From: Microthyrium microscopicum
Taxonomy: Eukaryota
Reading direction: 5' to 3'
Length of the DNA: 64,000 bases
Assembly (NCBI GenBank): GCA_010405405.1
Contig: MU004231.1
Span: 608,153-672,152, forward strand
The notes below the pieces were generated by a model. It searched no databases. It was given only the letters and a program-made list of their open reading frames with translations, and was not told the origin of the DNA. This document shows positions 24,052-37,350 of the stretch, one piece after another (the first letter of the stretch is position 1; each line of letters begins with the position of its first letter). A program made the translations under genes and the position numbers.

Positions 24052-25562
24052 TCATTTCACGACTCGTCGTGTTTTCTTCGTAGTTGGTGCCATGACTGAA
24101 CCCGAAGCATCCACTTGGAGGCCGTGGAGCTTAGCCCATGGAACCACAGAGTGCTTTTCTCGAGTTTTCCAGCAATAGTTCTCTTGATCAAAGCGATAGG
24201 ATGATTCCTCGTACATCTTGAAAGCTTTGTGGCCTCCCTCACGAACCATGTTCAGCAACGCACGAGCTGTGGGATGGAGAAAAACCGTTATTCCTCCCTC
24301 TCGAGATAGACGAACAGACTGAGCATACTCCCAAGTATCCTGATGACAAGTAAAAACCAAGATATCAAGATCCCTCAGGATATTGACATCCTTGGGGTAG
24401 TAAGAAAGTATCATCAAATCTTCTAGCTGCTTCTGAAGCTTGAGAGCAAATCGAACATATTGTTCAGAGTTTTCCAGACCCATAGCCCGCCGAAGATCTT
24501 CTTCGACATTGGATACCGACTTTTGTCGGCGGTCTTGTGCGACTTTCAGCCGATCCAATTTTTCCCTATGTCGTCGTAAAGTACGAATTTTGAAGTTCTG
24601 CGAGGAGAGCCAGGTACTTTTCTTCTCGTGTTGTAGGTTAGCCACCCGACTCAATTGATGGCAAGAGTGCCAATGCCGAATCATTGACAGAGGACCAGAC
24701 ACTGTCGGCAATAGCAATCGTTCTTTGCTTTTCATCTGTGCAATCTTCTCTGGTAATGACGCTCCCACCCACTTGAAAACCTTCTCCTCGCCCGAAGCGT
24801 TCAGGTTGACGATGTAGTAGCGGTCACCGTTCCAGACACCTTCTAAATTTGGAAATAAGCGTTTCAGCATGCAAGGCAAATTTGAGGTTTTCAGACAAGA
24901 GTGACCATACATATTCTGGCAAGCATGAGTTGGACATAACGACAGATCCAGATGGAGGACGACCGGTATGGATATGAACCGTACTCCAGGAAGAAAAGAA
25001 GGATCCACTGGGTCTGGTAGCTTTGCGTCCCGAACGATCTCGTTCAGACGATATTCAGAATTAGCCAAGAGATTACCTTGGGAACTGAACTTTAGCCCCA
25101 AGTCATCATGACAGTCTTCTGTCATACTGCGACGTTGCCAATCGAGATAGCAAGAATGGATCTCGAAGACCCGTTGCTCTAAGGCATAGGCATCAACGTA
25201 CTGTCGTAGTTCTTTGTTTAAATCTCTCAGCTTTCGAATCATCGAGCGATCGCAGTAATCTAGGATGTGGTCTTTCAGCTCGTTTGGGAGGGCAGTGAAG
25301 GGAAAGTAGGGTTTTTGTGGCGGCGATTTGGTTGATGCCAAATCCGAATGAGTCGATGAACCAGGATCCGCTTCAAGCAGTCTAGAGGTCCCAGAAGTGG
25401 CAGCTCTAGATGATTTGCGTATTGACTTTGCACTGAGTAATTTTTGTCGTTTCCCGGAGAGCACAAAGTCCTTGTCACTCGAGTCGTTGCTGGAGCTACG
25501 CTGTTATAATGTTAGTAGAGCGTCAGGAATTTGAATGGACCAAAGCTTACTTTGCGTGCCAT
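24052..25562 (-). CDS. F-box-like protein, paralog B (intron 25501-25550)
   Basis: MARK|RSSSNDSSDKDF start; FPFTALPNELKDHILDYCD; shares many blocks with 13560-15020. Confidence 0.75.
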
Positions 25563-27110
25563 GATCTTGTAATTGACGAAATTCAGGCGTGGAGGAAGAA
25601 GTGGTGTGAAAGTTCGCGAGTTGGCAATTGTTAGAGAATGTCTAGTGAGCCGTCTCAGTGCCGAGTAGGTAGGCCCAAGCGAGGCCAATTGAGGGAATCG
25701 GGGCGTCGGAAAAGCTCGATAGCAAGTAGACTTGTTGACAACGGCGCCTCCCAGCAGATTTTAGAGGTGTTCAAGGTATTTTGATTATCGATGAGCGAAG
25801 TTCTGGTGATGACTGCTCGCAAAGCACAAATGAGAGGAGTCCAAGCCAAAACTGACGCGATGAAGGAAGGGTGGTAGCTGAGGATTTGGAAGACTAAGGG
25901 AGACAGAGTTTCAGAGTTTATAAAGAATGAAGTATCGAAAGCTTCTAGTGGAGGCCTAGCAGTGAAGTTAAACGTTAGTAGAATTGAAGTTGAAGTTGAA
26001 GTTGAAGTGACTACTCGTACTATGTCTTTTGTTTAGGAAAGAACCTCCCAATAGATTCTCAACTAGGCACCTACACAGGCAGTCACTATCAACCCAGTCG
26101 TGGCTTGAAGTGACGTTTCCTTAACCTCAACTTTCACTAGAGCTTGTACCTCGCCAAACATTGCGGATCGAGATCGCCTACTAGACGAAAGACCTAGTGT
26201 TCCGCCTAAAGACAAGTGACAGCATCCTGATTGAGCTTAATACACGAAAGCTCTCAAAAGTTTATCAACTCATGATGGGGTGCATTTTAATATCTGTTGA
26301 TGAGTCACGTCATCAATGATATGTTAAAAAGTTGGGTTTTGATGAGTTAACAGATCCTCAAAAACTTATCGCTAGCATATGTATATAAAAAGTAGACTCT
26401 ATCGTCGTCAAAGTTATCCTTCTATCTTGTCCACCTAGGTGAACTTGGTATTTCGTTGCTTCTTATGTCAAATCTCTTTCCTCTCTTCTTTGTCTACCTT
26501 CTTTTGTCTAGTTTGTACTTATATTTAAGATAACTTCTCAAATTGCTATGGATTATTTGTTGATGCGGGTTACCTCTTGTCAACAATTCAAATATGCAAT
26601 ACAGAAATGGAAGATAGAGTAATATTAGAGTTCGATGACCTCTATTTCACCTCGTTTGTTTGCTCTGATTCAAAATAACAGCATGAAAACGCCTTGCTAC
26701 GCCGCGTTACAAAAGCCAAAGTTTCGTTTCATTTGGATCATTCGGCAGAGCTGAACGTAAAACTTTCCCATTTTGAAAGCTAGTAGTCTAAGCAAAATGC
26801 GCCGTACATTAAATTTGCTGACCCTATTTGAACCACCATGTAGCACAGATCCCTAGCCAAAGTCATGTGTGTATCGTATAGTCATCACTAAAAGATATTC
26901 AGCAATTGCTATCAAGTTTTCATTGAATCAATGACTTCATCAGCAAACCGTCCCAATCTTCATTTCCAGCAGCAATCGTGGGGGATCAAAATATTCAGCC
27001 TTATACTACCTAACCATATATTCTGATCTCCGTATTACTATTACATTACCAATAACTCTTCACCGATTTTGTTGAAATAATAATACACATATCCCTTCAT
27101 CCACACCACC

Positions 27111-27998
27111 TCAGTAAATAATAATAACCTCGCTCTCATGGCTGCCAAGACTCAATGCGCTTTCCTCCTCCGACACAACACTTCCCGGTGTATTGTTGAT
27201 CTGCATCAAAGTTACCCTCAATCTCCACCTCCCCTGTCTCGTAATCCGCGGACTCTGGAAAGATAACATGCCAACAACATAAGGCGGTGGCGGAGAGTCA
27301 TTTCCAAAACCACTGTCAAGTGCTGGAATCGGTATGACTGCGGTGACGACTTGCTCTTCTTGTGATATCGATACAGTATTGGTATATGATGGTCGACGAA
27401 CATGGGTCCGTGGATTAGAGTGTTCTCGCACGATGGTCAGGACACCGAAGAGTCGTCCGTGGGCGAGATGCTCGCGTATTCGGGCAGTGACGCCGCCGTT
27501 GGCTCGGACTTGTACTTCGTAGGGTTGGTCTAGGAGGTATTCTCCCAGTCGCTGCTGGGCGGGCACATCTGTTGTTGTCTCTAGAATGTAATCCATCTGT
27601 GGGGTAGTTGAGTTGGAAGCTTGTGGTTGGTTCTGGTTGTTGGTAGAGGAGCCTTCCCCGTTACCCATGGCCTCGTCACTGCGGTTTTGCTGCTGATCCT
27701 GAGAGGAATGACTGTTCATTCCTCGTGAAATAGGTAGCGAAGACCCAGCAGGAAGTAATAGAATATGTCCAGGCCCAGGATCAGGTGGTGGTGGAGGTAT
27801 TGGAGGTGGGGGGCCTGAGTGTGGTGGCGCCTGGATGGCTGCGATTCTTGCCGACCTTCGTTGTCGTGAAGATTGTACTCTTCCTCGTGTGTTATATGAT
27901 AGTGAAGATGCTCTGGTGGGGCCTCCAGCTCTAGAAGAGCTTGTGCCTTGCGAAGATGAACGATTTCCAGGGACCCTTCCACTTCGTCTCCTCGGCAT
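27111..27998 (-). CDS. Divergent velvet-domain-like protein with disordered Arg/Ser/Pro-rich N-terminus
   Basis: C-terminal half YILETTTDVP...QPYEVQVR...LSFQSPRITRQGRWRLRVTLMQI...ESEVIII resembles the velvet-domain pattern; match judged by eye only. Confidence 0.5.
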   Translation of the reverse strand: MPRRRSGRVPGNRSSSQGTSSSRAGGPTRASSLSYNTRGRVQSSRQRRSARIAAIQAPPHSGPPPPIPPPPPDPGPGHILLLPAGSSLPISRGMNSHSSQDQQQNRSDEAMGNGEGSSTNNQNQPQASNSTTPQMDYILETTTDVPAQQRLGEYLLDQPYEVQVRANGGVTARIREHLAHGRLFGVLTIVREHSNPRTHVRRPSYTNTVSISQEEQVVTAVIPIPALDSGFGNDSPPPPYVVGMLSFQSPRITRQGRWRLRVTLMQINNTPGSVVSEEESALSLGSHESEVIIIY

Positions 27999-30900
27999 GG
28001 ATTACACGGAATCGAAGGTCTAGAACCACACAGTCAGCACACCCCGCCAAAAAAAAAGAAACAAGATAAGAAGACAAGAGAAGAATATAAGTTTGAAAGT
28101 GTCAAAGAGTGACTGACAACAAAAAAATCAAAGCCAAGTGTGAGCAAGCATCGTCAGCAACAAAAGCTATACCACCCGCTTCATAGCGGATAACTAAAGT
28201 CGTGCGTATCAGGTGAACCAGGACGAAAAACATGGGTTCTGTATCATCCTTCAAGTACGACTTCCGACACACACACCATCAACGGTCCGTGAGCTTCCCG
28301 TCCCCAGGCTTAGTCTTTGTGGAGGAGCTTGGAGCTTGGGTCTCGCCAAAGAGCGAATACGGCTGTCCGTTGAAGCAGCATTGAGATGCCATGAAAAATT
28401 CGCACCAGTCAGCCTCGGCGATCATTGCAAAGAAACCCAAGCAGCTTGTCTCGGCAAACCCGCCAAAACCAGGTTGTGGCAAAAGCGACGATACCAGAAA
28501 AGCTCCGATATATCCAAAATAGCTCGTGAAGCTTGTTGGAAGATGCCGCGTTAAGAAGGTATCCTAGGGTTGAATCCCGACCGCCTGGCACTTAGCTGTG
28601 CAGCTTATAGCGAAAACCCACCCCGTCGACACGCGCCATTGGGGCATATTTCCCCCAGAATATTCATGGGTTGAAGACTGGTCGAGGCTTTGGAGTTGGA
28701 GTGGATGGAGGCGGGGGTACCTGCGTTGGAATCGCGTGCGTGGTCGCATGGTTGACATGTTCAGGGGGATGGTTGAGAAGCCAAAATTGGGGACCTTTTG
28801 ATTGATTTGTTGTTTGACTGGGTGGGCCCTTAATCTCCCATTGATTCTGGCTCGTGGAAATACTTCCAGTCTAGGCAATATACCTCCGCAAACTGAGCAC
28901 GGCGGGAAGACCGGGACATTGTGTTTGCTCGCGGTGTCGCTTGGCTGGTAGATGGTGGGGGCTCTCGGAACATATGATGATCTGAAAGTATGCTAATAAG
29001 CCAGCTCCTGGATGAATCGTGCTAGGATGAGTGAAGTTTATCTGATTTGTGTTGACCATTATCCGGAAGGAGAGACCAGAAGGGGAGGTAAAGTCAATCA
29101 GATACCCGAGATTCTGACCAGATCCACACTGCATTATGAAGTCTGGGGTAGTTGCGATTGGTGGCTTGAATATTTCCACTTCATATTTACGAGTAGATTG
29201 TCACCAGGTTTTAAGCACAGATATGCGGTTCACATTTTTGCTGACAGGGTTGAAAAGCAAAGACAAGGGGTTGTGCCAGATGAAGACTTTGAAGGAAAAT
29301 CTGCAGACTTACGAATTTAGACAATCTGTATGCACTAATTAGAAAGAGAGCTGTAAGAAAACCTATAAATCTCAAACCTGAAGTAGCTGTGATAACCACG
29401 TCTGAATTGAAGAGTTCGTAGATCTGTAGAGTTGACCAAAAATAAATCACTGCATTGGAAGTTAGAAGAGAAGTTGCGTTTTCATTCAGCGCTGAGGCAT
29501 ATTGAATCTATTATGAAGAGCCCGAGCTCCAATAGGACGTTGTTGATGTGAGACACTCGAATAGAGTTATCGAAAATGTTGCGATCGGCTAATCTACTGA
29601 TATCTCCTTTGTCTCTCCCGCTCATTTTCGTTGGAGATCGTCCAAACTTGGAATGGAATACGCCAAAATCTGCAAGAGATGAAGAAGGGAAGTTTATCGA
29701 TCCTGTACTACCAGTCCAGTCGGAAAATAGAGTTCGTAAATCGGCGTAAAGACTTGAACTGCCCTTGCTGTAGCTTGGCAGTTTTCGGTTTACTCGGCAG
29801 ATCGATCCAATAGGGCCATGCTAAAGGACGCTTTTGTTAATTGAAGCGGGTGCCTACAGTCTCGTCTGGTGATTGGTAATGGAGGATAATTCTCCAAAGA
29901 GCAGACATGCCGTGACCATGGCTCCGATCATAATGCAAGTCACAACATAATTGCCCATGCTCGTACCTACATGTAAGGTTCCTGGTGCTTGGGAGGTGTA
30001 CATGCAGCTTGTGCCTTTCAGTTTTATCACTAACTTTGGCTGTCACGAAGCTCTGTGGTGAGGTTCATGATATGACCACAGAGCATAAGGGGTCCGCATA
30101 GAAGTATACGGAGTGATCCTCTCTAACCATTGGTGGATTGATCTGTTGTGTCATTTCCGGGAATCATCAGCGTACGTCTCAAAGATACAGATAGAGCAGA
30201 GAACGAAGCTGGAGGAAAATTGAGTACGCATATTTCATGATGGGGGCTAGAAAACTTACGAATAGTGTCTCGCCAAAATATCGCTAAATAAAGCGCTTGT
30301 ATCATTGGGCCTTGTGATCGCTTACCTCTCTAGACTATGAAAACTGAAGTTTTTGATAGTAGGGGTGCGAATATGTCATGCTGGTCTGCAAGGATCGATT
30401 TTGTTGGTGATATGCTTGTTTCGGATGCTCCCGAACGTAAACAAACAGGCCCTGCGAGTTTGACCCTAAGCTCGTGGTACCTGTCATCCTCTACTTGGTA
30501 GTAGGCCCGCCCACTGGCAGCAAAGTGTACTGTACTGGTAGTTCGTGTAGTAGTAAAGAGGGCAACATTACCCGGGATCAATGCTGCGGATCACAGGTGT
30601 AGACCTAGCTATTCTTCATCAATAGACACGTCGTCTCTCGACAAGCTGTAATACGCTATCAAGGTCATTTGGATATGTGTTTACTTACATCTTTTTTTAG
30701 CATACACTGCGTGGTACTCGTTGTGATGTTGCAAATCATGCAATTCTACAAGGTTCTCCAAAGCGACCTGTGTTAATCAGCCATAATTTTTGAGGGTATA
30801 TCCCAAACGGAATATATAATTCCAAAATTGAACGTTGTGATCAACCTTTTTGTTGGGATATGCCTCGGCGGACAACACATATTGGGACTAATGCTTTCCG

Positions 30901-32628
30901 GCATTTATTGACCCAAGGAGTTGAACGTGCCCAAAAGCTCCTGCAATCGATCTTGCTGATCTTTGCGTGGCTGCTTTGATACCATATCTTTTTTCTCCGC
31001 AAAAACACGCTTTTTGAACGTGCTGGGGAATCTAAGATTAGCAACATCTGTCCAACTGATCAGCAACCTGTGGATGCAAATAGCCCAATTGGTAGGAAAG
31101 AGAAAAATCGATGTGGTTAAGAGCACTAGAAAGGTCATTCCTAGCTTCAGTAGAGCGCAAATAGATAGACATGAGCATGCAAAAGAGATTGAACCTTGCC
31201 TAGCAACCTAAGCAATTGGAACGGTTTGCATGTGATATGGCAGAGGCCCAAACCCCGTTGCCAGAGAATGCTGCTGCTCACGATCTTGAGCTTGTCCCCA
31301 GTAGGGCTGAAATATCTCCTACAACACATGAGAAGATGATACAAAGGCTCAGAGTCAACGGCGCGGACCAATTTTCAGGCCCTAAATGTTCTCATCTGCC
31401 AAATCGAGCATGTTGGATTTGGTAGCCAGGGGTAAAACGGAGAAATTACCACGTAATCTTGCTCCATTCATCAACTTGGTTGATGGCTTAAGTAGGCTTT
31501 ATAAAGAGACATTCCCAGGTTGTGGAGAACTGGCTTGTTGACCATCTCGAGAGATACCTATATTTGCTGCCCGCTGCTCCTCGAGGCACTCGACAGAATT
31601 ACTGCTTCTTCGCACTGCTGACGTTGCATTGTGCCTTTTTTCCACATGTAAAGGTCAAGATAGCCTGGATGCTGCCGATTCACTCTGGTCACTAAATCTG
31701 CTTCATCTCGGTGTTTATCTCAACTTTCAACTTTTGAGCTTCCGTTCTGTGCTGCGTGTTGACGGGTAGTAAGAGGCCACAGGATGGCGCGCGTGTACAC
31801 CTCGAGTACTTGGGGTATGAATGCTTGAGGACCAGAAGCTTTTCCAAGCTTTGATTGTGGCCGTGGAGTAATAGCTGGTGGCTTGCTGAATGGTGACGTC
31901 TGTTTGCAGTCGGGTACAGCGGGAGGAAATTCCGTGGCTGGTCTGTTGTTGTTGTATTCAAAGTTCATTTAGGTTATCGGCGTCAACAGCGTCAAACTAC
32001 TGTCGCTATTGCATGTGAGGAAGGTTATCTGGCTGACTAACAGTATTTCCGGTCCCGATTTGGACTCGATCTCAGAGCGTGCTTGACTGGCATGAAATGA
32101 GTGGCTGTAGACGGTATTGATTGCTGAATCAGCAACGCTAAGTGAACGATAGGCTTGGCACCTCCCTCATTTCGCTTCGTGCCGGCCAGGAACATTTCGG
32201 GAACGTATCGTTTCTCCGTAATCTATCTTCTCTCCCAAAGTCAGAGTTGCAACCTCCTCAAGGCCAACCAAAAACCGTATCACCATCATCGCCTTTCTGA
32301 TTGTCCGACCTCACCTTAGCGGCTGCTCTTATGCACCTCCTCTATCCAACCATCCAATCACTACTCCCTTTCAGTCTCTAGTTGCCTCGTAGCTACTTCC
32401 AGCTCCACTCGGCACATACAGCGCTTCACCTCCACTGCCGGCATTCTTGGCCCCTACGTGCGCCTTTACATCGATATCTAAACCTTTCTTGTCGATACTT
32501 CCATTGTTCTTCTTCCACATATGGATATGGTACTCATCCAGGTTCAATGAGTACCGTTCGACCACCGACACTCGCTTCAGCCCCTTGTTAAATCCTACGC
32601 CCGAGCATCGCAGCTCTAGATTGCCATC

Positions 32629-34524
32629 ATGATTATAACGCGCAAACTCATCTCTCCGTCGAGAGGAGGATGGTTTCAAACACTGCGCTACCTTGTAGTC
32701 GCCTCCTTCGTTACACTCACCATCACATATCTTCTCAGGTCTCGACAAAGACCTATTCGCAGGCCCCCTCCCGCTAAACCTCCTGAGCAACCTAGCGCCA
32801 GTCTCCCTCCTTTCGAGTCCGAACCAAATCTCGAACTCCACGCTATAGATCATCTAATAAAAGAGGCACAAAAATCACAAGCTGATCTGATGAGCAGACA
32901 GAGTCACACTCTCGAGGATGCAGCACATCGATATAGAGAACGAAGAGGAAGACATCCTCCACCAGGATTTGATAAATGGTTCGAGGGTGCAAAGAATCGG
33001 GATGCTATTGTTGTCGAAGAATTCTTCGATCGCGTCTATCACGATCTGAAACCTTTCTGGGCAAAGCCAGCAGCTGAGATTCGAATCAATGCAAATACCT
33101 ATGTCCACGTAGTTCGCGTCCGAGACGGTGGCGCTGTCTATGTAACGGACAATCCGGATCGAGTACCCTGGATACAACTGTGGCATTCAATAGTCGCTGA
33201 GGCCGCCCCATTTCTTCCCGATGTTGATATGCCGGTCAACTATATGGATGAAACTCGTGTTCTTGTACCATGGGATCACATCAATGAATATATCAAGATC
33301 GAACAGGCTAGACGGAAGATGCCTCCCCCAGAAGAGGTTTCATCCTCTTATCCCGGTCTACGAGAGCTAGACAGAATATCTGGCCCTTCCTTGGATCCAA
33401 ATTGGGTTACCGATGAATCCACAAAGTATTGGGATCATGCACGCCAAAGTTGCGCTCCCCATACCCCAGCAAGAAATGTTTCCGCGATCGAAGACTTTTC
33501 AGAGCCAATAACCCACCCTTATGGTTGGCCTTCCTATTCTTATCATGGCTTCGTTCAAAATTGGACAGAAGCTCAAGATCCATGTTTGCAACCCCATCTC
33601 CGAGCAATGCATGGAACCTTTATCGAATCAGTTTCGATGTCCACGACACACGAACTAATACCCTTGTTTGGAGGCTCAAAATTACCCATGAACAACGATA
33701 TCCTCCTGCCGCCTGCCATGTATCTCTCTGAAGAAGAAAGATATGCGGGTGCCGACCTAAATAAATTCGATTGGAAACACAAGAAAGACAAGCTCATATG
33801 GCGTGGCGTCGCATCAGGTGGCCGCAACAGAAACGATAATTGGCATCACTTCCATCGACATCGCTTCGTTCAGACGTTGAATGGGTCGACTATCAGCAGA
33901 ATGGAAGAATCCAGAAAACCTGCTGAAACTTTTGATCTGCCATTCCCAGGAACCTATGACCTTCAGCCACAACGAGATGGTACTTTGGGCAAATGGGTGT
34001 CATCATTCGCTGACGCTGCATTTATTCATCTCGAATGTTTCCCAGCGGAATATGATCCAGACCAAAAGAGATCTTCGTTCTGTTCTTACACCAGTCCCAA
34101 ATTTCACGTCGAGCTCGCGATGCCAATGAAAGAGCAGTTCACCCACAAATACCTCCCCGACGTGGACGGCAACTCCTTCAGTGGCAGGTGGCGTAGTTTC
34201 CTGATGTCAACATCCATGCCAATGAAAGCCACCATATACAAAGAGTGGCATGATGATCGATTGATGCCATGGGTGCACTTTGTGCCAATGGACAATTCAT
34301 ATCAAGATGTTTATGGCATCATGGATTATTTCCTTCGTGGACACGACTTGGCCGCGCGACGCATTGCGCAAGAAGGGAAGATATGGGCAGAGAAAGTTCT
34401 CAGACGCGATGATATGATGCTCTATGTCTGGCGCTTACTTTTAGAATTCGCTCGCATATGTGACGACAATCGCGACAATCTGGGATTTGTCGATGACCTC
34501 AAGAATTCGAGGGAGCTAGTATGA
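32629..34524 (+). CDS. Glycosyltransferase family 90 (CAP10/Cxt1-like beta-1,2-xylosyltransferase)
   Basis: N-terminal TM; YRERRGRHPPPGFDKWF, LPDVDMPVNYMDE, WRGVASGG, KYLPDVDGNSFSGRW, WHDDRLMPWVHFVP, YVWRLLLEFAR. Confidence 0.92.
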   Translation: MIITRKLISPSRGGWFQTLRYLVVASFVTLTITYLLRSRQRPIRRPPPAKPPEQPSASLPPFESEPNLELHAIDHLIKEAQKSQADLMSRQSHTLEDAAHRYRERRGRHPPPGFDKWFEGAKNRDAIVVEEFFDRVYHDLKPFWAKPAAEIRINANTYVHVVRVRDGGAVYVTDNPDRVPWIQLWHSIVAEAAPFLPDVDMPVNYMDETRVLVPWDHINEYIKIEQARRKMPPPEEVSSSYPGLRELDRISGPSLDPNWVTDESTKYWDHARQSCAPHTPARNVSAIEDFSEPITHPYGWPSYSYHGFVQNWTEAQDPCLQPHLRAMHGTFIESVSMSTTHELIPLFGGSKLPMNNDILLPPAMYLSEEERYAGADLNKFDWKHKKDKLIWRGVASGGRNRNDNWHHFHRHRFVQTLNGSTISRMEESRKPAETFDLPFPGTYDLQPQRDGTLGKWVSSFADAAFIHLECFPAEYDPDQKRSSFCSYTSPKFHVELAMPMKEQFTHKYLPDVDGNSFSGRWRSFLMSTSMPMKATIYKEWHDDRLMPWVHFVPMDNSYQDVYGIMDYFLRGHDLAARRIAQEGKIWAEKVLRRDDMMLYVWRLLLEFARICDDNRDNLGFVDDLKNSRELV

Positions 34525-35084
34525 AAGCAGCCTGCTCAATCTCCACTAAAAACACAATCCAGAGACCACCCAATCTCTATCCAAAAGAATACACATGTAC
34601 ATGAAGACAGCCAATACAAGGCTTCGATACGACCGATATTCACCATTTCACCACACGACCCTCCTTTAACTGTTACACCATGTGGTTGCATTAAACAACT
34701 CTGGTGTCAGTGCCGCATATTTTCACCTGGAAGTAATGGAATCAAGCATTCGCAAGGCGTTTTTTGGTAGCATATGAGTGCTGCATTCGACGTCATGAAG
34801 TACGTTGAACTTCTCCGCAATACGACAGAACTGCCACCGAGAGTGGATTAATGGTCGCGGGGAGAGTGTCTCGCATTGTATAGCTACGGAAAATGTTGGT
34901 TATATAGCAACTCAACAAGTAATTGCAAGCAGCTCTCGCTCATTCGAGTACCTGGGTTATGTGAGATCGATATATACTTTTCGCTTTCGGCTTACTTCAG
35001 CTGCTACATGCTGCCTACTCTAGATACATCAACCCAGGATACCTTGAGGCCAAGATCACCAGGGTCCCTAGAACCCCAGCCCAG

Positions 35085-36423
35085 TTATCCCGCAAACTCG
35101 GCTTCGATGATGGCAAATCCTACACCTGGCGGTTGATGAACACCCTTGAACACCAACCGCTCATCCGCCAACTTGAGCAACGCCTGCCAATCCTCCACCG
35201 TACGTTCCTTTGCATTCAACGCCACCAGCATCTGCATATCCAACGCACTCAGCAGCCTCACAATCGGTGCCGGCGCCTTATCCGCAGGTGGCAACACCCC
35301 CTCGCACAATATCAACTTTGACCCTGGCTTCATCGCCGCTGTCAACTGCTGGATGATCTTGGCAGCCCATGGATCGCTCCAATCATGTAAAATGTGCTTC
35401 ATGAAATAAACTTCCGCCCCCTTGACTGGCTGCTCCTTGAAGAAGTTGTGTGCTGTAAACGACACTCGGGAATCCAGCTCTGACGGACGCGCTTTGTCGA
35501 ATGAAGCTTGCACTTCAGGGAGATCTTGCACAATGAATTTCATATCTGGATATGCGCGCGCCAGCTCATAGCTGATGTGGCCTTCGCTGCCGCCTACATC
35601 GACTAGTGTTGCGGCTCCGAGTGCGCGCCAGTCGTACATGTTGTGTAAATTCGTGAAGGACATGGCCGGTGACTGCATCATATAATTCATAGCGCCAGCA
35701 AAGCGCTCCACGCGGTACGCATTCTCAGGCTTGCCGAACCATTCAAACGTGCCAGCCTCATAAAGCGTGTCCTTGAAGAAGGTATATGCGCAGCCAGATT
35801 TCGACGGATGTTCAGCGTCGTTGTTCCAGTGGCGGAGAGCTTGAGGCACATTGATGCAGGCGGGCGCGATTTCCTCGAGCTGATGGCCGATTATGCAACG
35901 GATCTGCGGCTGCAGGACGAATATGGCGGAGACGGAAGTGTGTTTGACAGAGTCGCTGCCGGAGCTGGTGGAAGCGAACATGTGTCGGGTCATGGAGAAG
36001 CGGAGGAGGCGGCGGACGAGAGCTTCTGGGAGCTTGACTTTTGAGGCGAGGTCGGCGTAGGTGATGCTGCCTTTGAGTGGGACGGCATCCCAGAAGTTGA
36101 ATTGGTTTAGGACGTTGATGACCGTCACGTCGTGTACGTTCTATGACTGATGTTAGAGATTTGATGTGTTTAGGATATGATCTTGTAGGACTTACGCCTA
36201 TCATGCCGGCTGTAAGGAATTCACGAGGACCAAGGGCAAGCATGTCCAGATCCTGAAGATCGGTTTGCAGCTGTAGTTTTGCGCCTATGATCTCCATGTC
36301 ATCGGGCATGATGTTGGAATCTGCTTCAAACGAAGGTATGGGTGTGTTAGTCTTCTCCAGATGAGCTTCAATGGCCTCCGCAGAGGCCAGAATGGATTTG
36401 GCCAAGTCAGTGAGATGACCCAT
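35085..36423 (-). CDS. SAM-dependent O-methyltransferase (fungal secondary-metabolism type), 1 intron
   Basis: LVDVGGSEGH, VQDLP, AHNFFKEQP, YFMKHILHDWSD, KERT. Confidence 0.92.
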
Positions 36424-37350
36424 AATGTCCTGTTTCGAATATTGAGTCTTGAGTGTATGTCTTTAGTCCTCCGATTACTAGAGTTGAGGACTTAGAGTTG
36501 TTCTGAGAGGAATCTGGGCATTTTATAGTCCAAGTTGGGCTACGGCTGCTGACAATAATGGAACGGGCTGTTCAACCTATCCGAACCCTTGGATATACTC
36601 TGAATGGAGCCGTCTGGAGAGCTACTAACTTCGGTACCATGCAATTGGCGCCTCGTAGGGAACGTTGCTCAGCTAGCGTATATTGATCTCCAGTCAGCAA
36701 CGTCAGCAATCCTGCAGCTTGTACATTCGCTTGGATATGTACTTTGAATCACAAGGGCGAATGAAGATTTTGGAGTTCTTTGATGTCAAAGAAGAAGTAA
36801 AGTTGTATTTCACTCCATGGTAAGATTGAGTGCCAGTCTATTTAGGTAAGTATTTTTGTATGATGATTCATTTAGCTTTCTGCCATACACACTGGGACAT
36901 AGAGTACTTGCTTGTGCTTCTTTGACATCATTTGGTTGCACCCCGCCTCGTAAGACATAAACGGTGCCTTGCGGTCAGAACTTGGCGACATGGGTGAGAT
37001 TTCTAGGCGGGATATAAGGTAAATAATTATGAGAAGTTAAGGAGTTTACAGCGTATTCGGTGTCAGCTTTGTACGCTACGGCGCCGAAAATCCATCCCCC
37101 AGTGACTTATGGAGGCCTTGAACTAGCGTCGAGATACATTCCTTTCTCGTTCCTGCCTGCATTAAACGTCAGGTCAAAGTCATGATCTTCTGAGCCCCAG
37201 AGTCTCCGAGCGCAATAAACGACCAGCGCTGTGCAGCATGAACCGCACTCGGTGCTTAGGAATCCGCCACTCACTGCTTAGGAATCCATTATTGAAGTCA
37301 ATTCCACCAAATTTACGAACCAATTCACAGTTCACCGCTTCTTGACCTTA

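Noticed and set aside
25984..26008. (TTGAAG)4 microsatellite
   Set aside because: Ordinary short simple repeat with no evident function.
28200..32000. Numerous short ORFs
   Set aside because: No motifs or convincing splice models; treated as intergenic or unresolved.
32629..36423. GT90 + O-methyltransferase as a glycosylation-methylation module
   Set aside because: Known fungal methylglucosylation modules use a different glycosyltransferase family; convergent adjacency alone is not evidence.
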